NCBI GenBank assembly: GCA_051881275.1
Contig: JBJEPO010000130.1
Span: 1-49,644 of the forward strand
DNA from: Eubacterium sp.
GTDB taxonomy: Bacteria > Bacillota > Clostridia > Oscillospirales > Acutalibacteraceae
Direction: 5' to 3'
DNA length: 49,644 bases
Each line of letters begins with the position of its first letter. The stretch's first letter is position 1. Positions 39,184 to 47,437 of the stretch are shown piece by piece. Both the position numbers and the translations under genes were made by a program. The notes beneath the pieces were generated by a model, which saw nothing but the letters and a program-made list of their open reading frames with translations, was not told where the DNA came from and searched no databases.

Positions 39184-40209
39184 TTATTCAGCAGTCATAT
39201 CAATGGCTTCATATTCGTTGGGGATTGTGATGCCAAGCTTTTCTGCTCTGTCAGCAACATATTTCTTTGTAAGGTCTTTTGCGTACTGAATTTCCATATC
39301 GCCGGGGTTCTTGCCGTTTACAAGAATGTCATAAGCCATTTCGCCGGCAGCCTCGCCGATGCTGTAATAGCTGATTGAAAGTGTAGCGATACCGCAGCCC
39401 TTGCAGATACCCTCTTCACCTGCGATTACAGGAACCTTTGCAGGCTCAAGGATGTTGTTGATAGCCTCTGTGTTGGAAGCGGCGGTGTTATCGGTAGGAA
39501 TGAATACTACATCGCACTTGTCGGTAACAATCTGCTGTGTAACAGCGGATACGTCGTTTGTGTCAACGAAGGTGTATTCCTTGCTTGTCATACCGAGAGC
39601 CTTAATTTCCTCAGAGATAACGGTTGCCTGATACTTTGAGTTTGTTTCAGCAGAGCAGTAAAGGATACCTACTGTCTTTGCGTCGGGAACAAGCTCTTTA
39701 ATCATAGCTGCCTGGTCCTCTAAAGGAGCAAGGTCAGATGTACCTGTTACGTTAAAGCCTGTTTTACCTGTCCAGTCTTTAATGCCAAGACCTGTTGCGT
39801 AGTCTGTGATAGATGTAGCAACAATCGGAATGTCGGCAGTAGCCTGAGATGCGGTAGCCATAGCATCTGTTGCGTTAGCCATAATCAAGTCAACCTGGTC
39901 TGCTACGAACTTGGAGTTAATAGTAGTACAGTTTGTCTTTTCGCCTGATGCGTTCTGCTCGTCAAACTCAAATGTAATGCCGTTTTCTTCGCCGAGAGCA
40001 GTAAGCTTGTCCTTAAAGCCCTTTGTTGCCTCGTCAAGAGCCGGATGCTGAACCAGCTGGCAGATACCTATTTTGTATGATGCCTTTGCAGCTGCAGATG
40101 TAGCGTCGGCTTCATTGGTGTCTGTGTTACCTGAACATCCTGCAAATACAGATGCTACCAATGCACCTGAAAGTGCAACCGCAGCAATCTTTTTGATTAC
40201 CTTTTTCAT
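39184..40209 (-). CDS. ABC substrate-binding lipoprotein (TrpX-like; probably aromatic amino acid)
   Basis: Lipobox FAGC; QLVQHPALD, NVTGTSD, E.NS, PTDNT. Confidence 0.85.
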   Translation of the reverse strand: MKKVIKKIAAVALSGALVASVFAGCSGNTDTNEADATSAAAKASYKIGICQLVQHPALDEATKGFKDKLTALGEENGITFEFDEQNASGEKTNCTTINSKFVADQVDLIMANATDAMATASQATADIPIVATSITDYATGLGIKDWTGKTGFNVTGTSDLAPLEDQAAMIKELVPDAKTVGILYCSAETNSKYQATVISEEIKALGMTSKEYTFVDTNDVSAVTQQIVTDKCDVVFIPTDNTAASNTEAINNILEPAKVPVIAGEEGICKGCGIATLSISYYSIGEAAGEMAYDILVNGKNPGDMEIQYAKDLTKKYVADRAEKLGITIPNEYEAIDMTAE

Positions 40210-40328
40210 AATATTTTACCTCACTTTAAATTAATAAAGAATTATCGTGAATTCAGTTTAACACATAAAAGCGTTAAAATCAACTGTTATTTTATATAAT
40301 ATTATTTGGATTTTTTTGTGAAAATACA

Positions 40329-41276
40329 CTAAACACCTTCGGCACGGTCAATATTTTCCCTTATTACCATACAGGTGTGCGCCATCTGCTCCTTCTCCTT
40401 ATCGTTTAACGGCAGTTCAATAATATCCTCAATGCCGTTTCTGCCGATAACGCAGGGAACACCGCAGGCTACGCCGTCAAAGCCGTACTCGCCCTGAAGA
40501 TAAACGGAGGCTGGAATAACCCTTTTTTCATCGTGGAAAATTGCCTTGCAAATATCTGCACAGGCGGCGCCTATGCCAAATTCGGTAGAGCCTTTGCCGT
40601 TGATTATATCATATCCTATATAACGTGTTCTTTCAAGCACGGTTTCCTCGGTAAGCCTTCCGTATTTTTCCGGCTTTTGCTGTTGAAGCTCCTTGTAATT
40701 CTGTCCGCCGATTGTGAGAGTAGAAAAGGGGACGAAGGCACTGTCGCCGTGCTCGCCCACAGCGCAGGCTGTAACGCTTTTTCTGTCAACCGAGGCAAGC
40801 TCCGACACTGTTCTTTTAAGCCTTGCGGTGTCAAGACTTGTGCCGGTGGAAAAGCATCTTTCCCTGGGCATACCCAGGTGTGCTCTCACATAGTTTCCCA
40901 TTATATCCGCAGGGTTGGTAACGGATATTATTATTCCCTTGTAGTTAACAGGCTTAAGGTTTTCAACAACGTCTTTAATCATAACGATGGAATCGTCAAG
41001 AACGTCAAGACGTGTTTGTCCGGGCTTTCTGGGCATACCCACCGAAATAAATATTATGTCGGCGTCGGCACATTCCTCATATCCGCCTACTTTAATTTTT
41101 GTTGTTGAGCCTAAAAACAGGCAGGCGTCTGCCACGTCATAGCAGTTTGCCTGTGCCTTCGGCATATCCTTATCTATAAATACAATTTCATCGGCGGTGC
41201 CCTGAAAGCAAAGTGCCATTGCTATATGCGAGCCGACATGGCCTGCGCCGATTATTACAACCTTTCTTTTTTGCAT
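40329..41276 (-). CDS. L-lactate/malate dehydrogenase family 2-hydroxyacid dehydrogenase
   Basis: GAGHVG, PRKPGQTRLD, TNPAD, GTSLDTAR, GEHGDS. Confidence 0.88.
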   Translation of the reverse strand: MQKRKVVIIGAGHVGSHIAMALCFQGTADEIVFIDKDMPKAQANCYDVADACLFLGSTTKIKVGGYEECADADIIFISVGMPRKPGQTRLDVLDDSIVMIKDVVENLKPVNYKGIIISVTNPADIMGNYVRAHLGMPRERCFSTGTSLDTARLKRTVSELASVDRKSVTACAVGEHGDSAFVPFSTLTIGGQNYKELQQQKPEKYGRLTEETVLERTRYIGYDIINGKGSTEFGIGAACADICKAIFHDEKRVIPASVYLQGEYGFDGVACGVPCVIGRNGIEDIIELPLNDKEKEQMAHTCMVIRENIDRAEGV

Positions 41277-41336
41277 TTTAATGTCCTTTTAATTATTTTC
41301 CTTAATCTATTATATGATGCTCAGGGCAGATATAGC

Positions 41337-42029
41337 TTATTTTTTAAAGCGGTAGCCCTTGCCCCAAATTGTGTGAATATAGTCTGAATTTTTGTCGGCG
41401 GCAAAAAGCTTGTCCCTTATTCTGTTTACGTGGACGGTAACCGTAGAGGTTTCGCCCATGGAATCGTACTGCCATATTTTTTCAAAAAGCTCCTCCTTGC
41501 CGAAAACAGTGTCGGGATTTTCCGCAAGACAGGCAAGCAGGTCAAATTCCTTGTTGGTAAACACAATTTCGTTGTCGTTTACAAATACCCGTCGTGAATT
41601 TTTGTCAATTTTAAGATTGTCAATGCTGATTACGGAGGCGGCTTCGGCAGGGGAGCCGGTAAGACGCTCATACCTGCTGATGTGGGCAATAACTCTTGCC
41701 ACAAGCTCCGACGGACTGAAGGGCTTTACAATATAGTCGTCGGCACCGAAGCCAAGTCCCTTTATTTTGTCAAAATCGTCCTTTTTTGCACTTACAATTA
41801 TAATGGGAGTGTTGTCGTTTTCTCTAACCCTACGGCATATTTCAAGGCCGTCAACCTTTGGCAGCATAATGTCAAGAATCATCAGGTTAAAGCCGCCCTT
41901 GAGGGCAAGCTCCAGTCCCTCGGCACCGTCCGAAGCGGTTACCGCTTCAAAGCCGTTTGCCTCAAGATAATCCTTTTCAAGATGAAGTATATTTTCGTCA
42001 TCTTCAACAATCAGTATTTTTTTCTTCAT
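41337..42029 (-). CDS. OmpR/PhoB-family response regulator
   Basis: VEDD, LDIMLP, GADDYIVKPF, winged helix, TIWGKGYRF. Confidence 0.95.
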   Translation of the reverse strand: MKKKILIVEDDENILHLEKDYLEANGFEAVTASDGAEGLELALKGGFNLMILDIMLPKVDGLEICRRVRENDNTPIIIVSAKKDDFDKIKGLGFGADDYIVKPFSPSELVARVIAHISRYERLTGSPAEAASVISIDNLKIDKNSRRVFVNDNEIVFTNKEFDLLACLAENPDTVFGKEELFEKIWQYDSMGETSTVTVHVNRIRDKLFAADKNSDYIHTIWGKGYRFKK

Positions 42030-43551
42030 CTAAATCGCTCCTCTTATTAAGTGAAATGTATATTGTCAAGCCTTCGCCCTCTTTGCCCATTGCCCAAATA
42101 TGACCGCCGTGAAGCTCAACAATTTGCTTGCAGACGAAAAGACCTATTCCGGAGCCTTCGCCGGATTTGCTCCTTGCCTTGTCGGCACGGTAAAAGCTGT
42201 CAAAAATTCTGTTGAGATTTTTTACGTCAACGCCCATTCCGTTGTCCGATATGCTGATTATAACAGATTTTTCATAATTTTCAACGGATAGCTTTACTTC
42301 GCCCTTAATGTCCTTTTTTGTGTACTTTACCGAGTTTGACACTATGTTTCGTATAACCCTTGCAAAACGGTCTGCATCCAAATCAACCATTACGTCGCCG
42401 TCGCAGTTGTCGGTAAAGGTAAAGTCAAAATCCTGCTGTTCAAGCTCAAGGCTGATGTCCTCGGCGCAGTCACGCAGAAATGCGTTAAGATTTGTGGGCT
42501 GTGCGTCAAGCTCAACCTGTCCCAGCTCCAGCTTTGATACGGTCAGCAGGTGGTCCAGCATTTTTTCCGTATCATTGGTGGCGGAATATATGGTTTGCAG
42601 GTATCTCTGCTGCTTTTCCGGGGTGTCGGCTATGCCGTCCATAAGTCCCTCAACATATCCCTTAACCGATGTCAGCGGAGTTCTTAAATCGTGGGCAATG
42701 CCGGCAATCATCTCTTTACGGGACTGCTCCATTCGGTTTTGCTCCTCAAGCGAGTTTTTTAACTGCCGTGACATTTTGTTAAAGGAGTCAACTGTCTGTC
42801 CTATTTCATTTGTGCTCTTGTAGTCAATAACGTAATCAAGATTACCGTTTGCAATTTCGTCCGCACCCTCAGCCAGCTTTTGCAGAGGCTTGCTGATAGT
42901 CCGGGAGGTTATGAAGGACAGTGCGATGATTGATATTATAAACAACGCAACAATTATAATTATAAGAAGTCCCGTTTTGCCGAAAAGCAGTGAGCCTACG
43001 TCCTGGGGACTGTACTTTTTTGATGCGTCGTTTACCGTGTAATCCTCGTTGGCGATTATAACCACATATTTTTCCTTGTCGGCGTTGGCGTGGCTGACAA
43101 TAACTATGCCCTTTTCGCCGAAGTAATTAATATTTTCACTGAAATCTATGGGCACTATGTTGTTTGCCTTTTCTATAACGCTCTCTTTTTTTGCGGTTGA
43201 ATAAAAGGTTTTTCCGTTTTGCTCAATGTAAATTACCGAGCCTAATTCCTCCAGAGGAGATACAAATTCCTCAATGCTTTTGATTTTTTTACTGTCGCTG
43301 TCGTCGGATATAAGCTCGTTTGATATGGAGGACATTGTTTGGCTCCACTGGATTTGGTTAAGGGTGGAATATGTATTTGTGGTTACGGAGGAAAAATTAA
43401 AATAAGACGCAATGGTGCTTAAAAAAATTGAACTGAAAATAATAAGAATTACCAGCGGAATAGCAATTGCCGCCACGGTTGACAATGTAATTCTTGTGGT
43501 TATTTTAAAGTTTTTATAGCTTCGTTTTTTTGCTTTTTTCTTCTGCTTCAT
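42004..43551 (-). CDS. HAMP-domain sensor histidine kinase
   Basis: 2 TM segments, HAMP, AHDLRTPLT, NSVKY, DNGMG, GSGIGL. Confidence 0.95.
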   Translation of the reverse strand: MKQKKKAKKRSYKNFKITTRITLSTVAAIAIPLVILIIFSSIFLSTIASYFNFSSVTTNTYSTLNQIQWSQTMSSISNELISDDSDSKKIKSIEEFVSPLEELGSVIYIEQNGKTFYSTAKKESVIEKANNIVPIDFSENINYFGEKGIVIVSHANADKEKYVVIIANEDYTVNDASKKYSPQDVGSLLFGKTGLLIIIIVALFIISIIALSFITSRTISKPLQKLAEGADEIANGNLDYVIDYKSTNEIGQTVDSFNKMSRQLKNSLEEQNRMEQSRKEMIAGIAHDLRTPLTSVKGYVEGLMDGIADTPEKQQRYLQTIYSATNDTEKMLDHLLTVSKLELGQVELDAQPTNLNAFLRDCAEDISLELEQQDFDFTFTDNCDGDVMVDLDADRFARVIRNIVSNSVKYTKKDIKGEVKLSVENYEKSVIISISDNGMGVDVKNLNRIFDSFYRADKARSKSGEGSGIGLFVCKQIVELHGGHIWAMGKEGEGLTIYISLNKRSDLDEEKNTDC

Positions 43552-43600
43552 ATTATTGACCGGTCCGTATTTTCTGACGTTTAAAATCGTTCACTGCTCT

Positions 43601-43629
43601 ATTCTATAACAAAACGGACTATTTTACAA
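43601..43629 (-). promoter_or_regulatory. Putative promoter of the two-component system
   Basis: Minus strand TTGTAA, 17 bp spacer, TAGAAT. Confidence 0.5.
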
Positions 43630-43700
43630 GTCAATAATGTGTATAACCAATATATAAATATAAATAGAAAATAAATAATAGATAAAATTTACTAATTTTG

Positions 43701-43729
43701 TTGACTATTTTTTATTTATGTTGTATTAT
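43701..43729 (+). promoter_or_regulatory. Putative promoter of the VTC cluster
   Basis: TTGACT (43701), 17 bp spacer, TATTAT (43724). Confidence 0.6.
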
Positions 43730-43739
43730 TTACTCGGTA

Positions 43740-43768
43740 TGTTAATTCTTTGTTAATATGCTGTTATG
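43740..43768. promoter_or_regulatory. Three direct repeats at 11-bp spacing (OmpR/PhoB-type operator candidate)
   Basis: TGTTAAT (43740), TGTTAAT (43751), TGTTATG (43762). Confidence 0.55.
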
Positions 43769-43790
43769 TATTCAAAAGGGGTGTGATTTT

Positions 43791-44570
43791 ACGGCTATCT
43801 CAACTTTTAAAAGATATGAGCGAAAGTATCTTATAAAAAAAGATAAACTTGAAGAAATTATGCCGACCCTGCTTGAATATATGGAGCTGGACCCGTTCTG
43901 CCTTAACGGAAATGAATACAGGATTTACAGCATTTACTATGATACCGTAAATCACGACATTATCCGTCAAAACTCATCAAAGCCGGTTTATAAGGAAAAG
44001 ATGAGAATACGCTCCTACTATGACCGCAAGGACCCGGAGGACAAGGTCTTTATGGAAATCAAGAAAAAGAGCGAGGGCGTGGGCAACAAGCGCAGAATTA
44101 AAATCAAGCTTAAAGAGATTGAGCCTTTTGTTAACAAAGGTATTCTGCCCGAAACAAAGGATTATCTGTCCGCACAGGTTGCCAAGGAGTTACAGTATTT
44201 TCTTAAAATGAACAAGGTTGCTCCGGCGCTGTATGTTCAGTATGACCGTCTGGCGCTTTTCGGCAAGGAGGACAAAAATTTCCGTATGACGTTTGACAGG
44301 AATGTACATACAAGAAGGTCAAATTTCGTTTTCGGCGAAAGCGATGAGGATGAGCTTCTGCTTCCCGATGACGTTTATATTATGGAAATTAAAATACTCG
44401 GCTCGATGCCCTTGTGGCTTACAAGACTGCTGAGTGAAAACAATTTGTTCAGCCACGGATTTTCAAAATACGGCGTTAAGTACAAGCGTGACGCTCAGGA
44501 GCATAATCTTGAATATTATGTGACCGACGCCAACGGAAACCGGGTTGATTTTGACTACTTTCTTGATTAG
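43791..44570 (+). CDS. VTC-domain (CYTH/TTM) polyphosphate polymerase-like protein; start ambiguous (ACG 43791 or ATG 43758)
   Basis: RYERKY (ExK), SIYYDT, KEKMRIRSY, EIKKK, KRR, YDR, RMTFD, MEIK, FSKY. Confidence 0.88.
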   Translation, partial: TAISTFKRYERKYLIKKDKLEEIMPTLLEYMELDPFCLNGNEYRIYSIYYDTVNHDIIRQNSSKPVYKEKMRIRSYYDRKDPEDKVFMEIKKKSEGVGNKRRIKIKLKEIEPFVNKGILPETKDYLSAQVAKELQYFLKMNKVAPALYVQYDRLALFGKEDKNFRMTFDRNVHTRRSNFVFGESDEDELLLPDDVYIMEIKILGSMPLWLTRLLSENNLFSHGFSKYGVKYKRDAQEHNLEYYVTDANGNRVDFDYFLD

Positions 44571-44604
44571 GGTACCCTAAATATTATGACGGAGGAATTT
44601 ATTA

Positions 44605-45309
44605 ATGGAAGATTTTATGTATGCGCTAACTAGCGGAGATTATGCGTCACAGCTTTCAATAAAAAGCGTTATTGAGGTTGTGCTTTCCGCTTCAATAATA
44701 GGACTTGTAATAAGTCTTGTTTATCTGTTCACACATAAGAAAGAGGGATATTCACAGGCGTTCTGTGTATCACTTATATTGCTTGCACCCATTGTTGGCA
44801 TGGTAATTCTTGTAATCGGCAACAATGTGGCGACAGCCTTCAGCCTTGCAGGTGCATTTGCTCTTGTAAGATTTAGAAGTGCGCCCGGCGACCCGAAGGA
44901 CATTGCTTTTGTATTTTTAAGCGTAACCATGGGTCTTACCTGCGGTTTGGGCTACGCTCTTTATGCGGCGGTTGCGGCACTTATTCTTTGTGTAATTATC
45001 GTTTTGCTTCATATTACAAAGTATGCAGGCAAAAAGGGCAGTACATACGAGCTTAAAATTACCGTTCCCGAAACCCTTAACTATGCAGGCGCATTTGACG
45101 AAACCCTTAAAAAATATACGAAAAATTACCGTATGGTAAGAGTTAAGAGCGTTGATTTCGGCGCATTGTTTGAAATCAGTTACAGCGTTACACTTAAAGA
45201 TGACTCAAATATCCGTCAGATGATGGACGATTTAAGAGCACTTAACGGCAATCTTAAAATTATGCTTTCCACGGAAGCCACTGCCGTAAGAAGCTTTCAT
45301 TTCCAATAA
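44605..45309 (+). CDS. DUF4956-family membrane protein
   Basis: IGNN.A.AFSLAGAFALVRFRS..GDPKDI, GLTCG; ~4 TM segments plus soluble C-terminal domain. Confidence 0.88.
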   Translation: MEDFMYALTSGDYASQLSIKSVIEVVLSASIIGLVISLVYLFTHKKEGYSQAFCVSLILLAPIVGMVILVIGNNVATAFSLAGAFALVRFRSAPGDPKDIAFVFLSVTMGLTCGLGYALYAAVAALILCVIIVLLHITKYAGKKGSTYELKITVPETLNYAGAFDETLKKYTKNYRMVRVKSVDFGALFEISYSVTLKDDSNIRQMMDDLRALNGNLKIMLSTEATAVRSFHFQ

Positions 45310-45328
45310 TATTTTCCCCTATGCAAAC

Positions 45329-45359
45329 AGGAATGCCCCTATTATACGGCATTCCTTTT
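45329..45359 (+). terminator. Hairpin/terminator after DUF4956
   Basis: GGAATGCC...GGCATTCC followed by TTTT. Confidence 0.55.
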
Positions 45360-45452
45360 CGCAATTATTAGGACTGAAAAATTACTACAATTTGACGAAA
45401 ATTTACATTAACCTACAAAATATAGGCTTTCTTACTCAACAGGGAGGACTCT

Positions 45453-47417
45453 ATGAAATCTATTAAAAAAATAATTGCCGTATTTACTGCGGTTTCGGTA
45501 ATGGCGTGTTGCTTTGCAGGCTGTTCGGGAAAGGCTGAGCCGACGGCTGATACTACAGTCTCAACCACTGCCTCAACTACTCAGCAGGTTGTTTCTGCGG
45601 TTGATGTAAGCAAAAGCGCAGAGCAGGAAATTATATCCTTTACCGGTACTGACAAGGACGGTAATACCCTTAACCTTGTGCCTGTTTTTGACAAGGACGG
45701 CAAGACCGTTATTGCAGGCTACATAACCTCCGTTACAAACAAGGCAAAGCAACTGCTCAATGCAAATCAGTACAAGCTTTTAAACTGCGTTGTTGGTGCG
45801 TCTTCCGCTGACGGAAAGATTGTTCTTGACACGGATAAGGACAAAAACCTTGTACAGATAGAGGCATATTCCGACATGCAGGGCAATCTCGTGTGTATGA
45901 AGGACACCAAGGACCTTAACAAAAACAAGAATACCGCCGAATTTATTAAAATTATGTCGGGTATTGACAGTAACAAGGTCAAGATATATATGGCATACAC
46001 CACTGCCGACAAGCAATATCAAGCCGTTACAATTTCTTCGGAAAATAATAAGCTTTATATGACCGACAACGGCAAAAAGACAGAGGTTAAGCTTGTTAAC
46101 GCCCTTAACACCGCCGCTTCAAAAACGGTGTCAAAGGACGCAAACGATAACAAAAAGAAATCAAAAACAACTACTACCAAAACAAGCACAACCAAAAAGA
46201 CATCAACAACCGCACCTGCCAAAAGCTATATTAACATTAAGCTTTTGAAAAACAGAGCGGCTGAATGTAACTCACCAAATGTTACTCTCAGCACAGGAAA
46301 GGTTGTTATTACAAAAGGCGGAAATTATAAAATCACCTCCTCCACAGACAGCTGGCACGGACAGATTGAGCTAAGGCTTAAAAATACGGAAAGTGCCGAG
46401 CTGAGATTTGAGGATGTAAAGATTTCCAACGATTCGGAAAACATTATCAGAATTATTGATACAAGCATCACCAGCGACAGAAGCTTTATTGAGGCAGAGG
46501 CTATGGCAGGAACAGCCGCAGACGACGCTATCAAAGAGGTTGCGGATAACGACAAGGCTCCTAATGTAGATATATCATTCCCCACAGGTACAAAAAGCAC
46601 CTTTGAAACCTCAGCAAACAGCTACACAGGTGTTATCTATAACGAATCAAAGCTTACATTAAAGGGTAACGGCAGTGCATCAATAAATTCTACAAGAAAC
46701 GCCAACAACTGTATATGCTCCACCAAGAGCATTACCGTTAAAAATGTAAGACTTACTCTTACAACAGCGCAAAACGGCTCAACCGCAAATCTTGCGGAAT
46801 CAACAGGTTCTGCAAAGGGAATTTACTCTTACAGCAAGGTTATTATGGAAAGCGGAAGTCTTAATATAAAATCAAACGGCGACGCAATCAGATGCGATTC
46901 ATTTACGTCAAAGGGCGGTACAACAACTCTTAATTCTTCCGCCTGCGACGGTATTGACGCCGATGACGCCATTGTTCTTTCCGGCGGAACGGTTAAATCC
47001 ATTGCTTTGCAGAAGTCCTGCTTTAAGGTAAGACGAGTTAACAATACCGAAAAAGGCACCGGAAAGGGTGTCCGTCCCGGAAAAGGCGACACCTTTAAAA
47101 TCACAAAGGGCACTGTAATCGGCGAAAGCAAGAAAATTACCACCGTGCAGAAGGCGTCAACCCAGGCAAGCATAACCTGCAAGGCGCAGAAGGCAGGCAA
47201 GGGAACAGCCGCCGCAGCAGAGGAAAGCAAGGTTCCCGTTAAGTTCAACATCAGCGGACTTAAAAAATCGGAAAACGAATGTATAAAATTCCTTTATTCC
47301 TCATCAAGCGTTACCTCCGGAAAGGCTTATACCGTTACCGGCGGTAAGGACCCGGGCACTGTAAAGTGGAGCGGTAAAGTAGGAACAGCGGAAATTACAT
47401 CGTCAAACACTAAGTAA
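45453..47417 (+). CDS. Lipoprotein with C-terminal Cthe_2159/DUF4353-like beta-helix domain
   Basis: Lipobox FAGC; T/K linker; VVITKGGNY.I, LTLKGNG, GDAI, DGIDAD..I..SGGTV repeats. Confidence 0.72.
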   Translation: MKSIKKIIAVFTAVSVMACCFAGCSGKAEPTADTTVSTTASTTQQVVSAVDVSKSAEQEIISFTGTDKDGNTLNLVPVFDKDGKTVIAGYITSVTNKAKQLLNANQYKLLNCVVGASSADGKIVLDTDKDKNLVQIEAYSDMQGNLVCMKDTKDLNKNKNTAEFIKIMSGIDSNKVKIYMAYTTADKQYQAVTISSENNKLYMTDNGKKTEVKLVNALNTAASKTVSKDANDNKKKSKTTTTKTSTTKKTSTTAPAKSYINIKLLKNRAAECNSPNVTLSTGKVVITKGGNYKITSSTDSWHGQIELRLKNTESAELRFEDVKISNDSENIIRIIDTSITSDRSFIEAEAMAGTAADDAIKEVADNDKAPNVDISFPTGTKSTFETSANSYTGVIYNESKLTLKGNGSASINSTRNANNCICSTKSITVKNVRLTLTTAQNGSTANLAESTGSAKGIYSYSKVIMESGSLNIKSNGDAIRCDSFTSKGGTTTLNSSACDGIDADDAIVLSGGTVKSIALQKSCFKVRRVNNTEKGTGKGVRPGKGDTFKITKGTVIGESKKITTVQKASTQASITCKAQKAGKGTAAAAEESKVPVKFNISGLKKSENECIKFLYSSSSVTSGKAYTVTGGKDPGTVKWSGKVGTAEITSSNTK

Positions 47418-47437
47418 AAAGGCAGGAGGATATGTTT

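Noticed and set aside
40210-40328. T-box riboswitch expected upstream of the TrpX-like gene
   Set aside because: Only ~120 bp of AT-rich sequence; no T-box motif or terminator visible
36747-42823. Plus-strand ORFs antisense to the transporters, dehydrogenase and two-component genes
   Set aside because: Fully overlap well-supported minus-strand genes; no family signal
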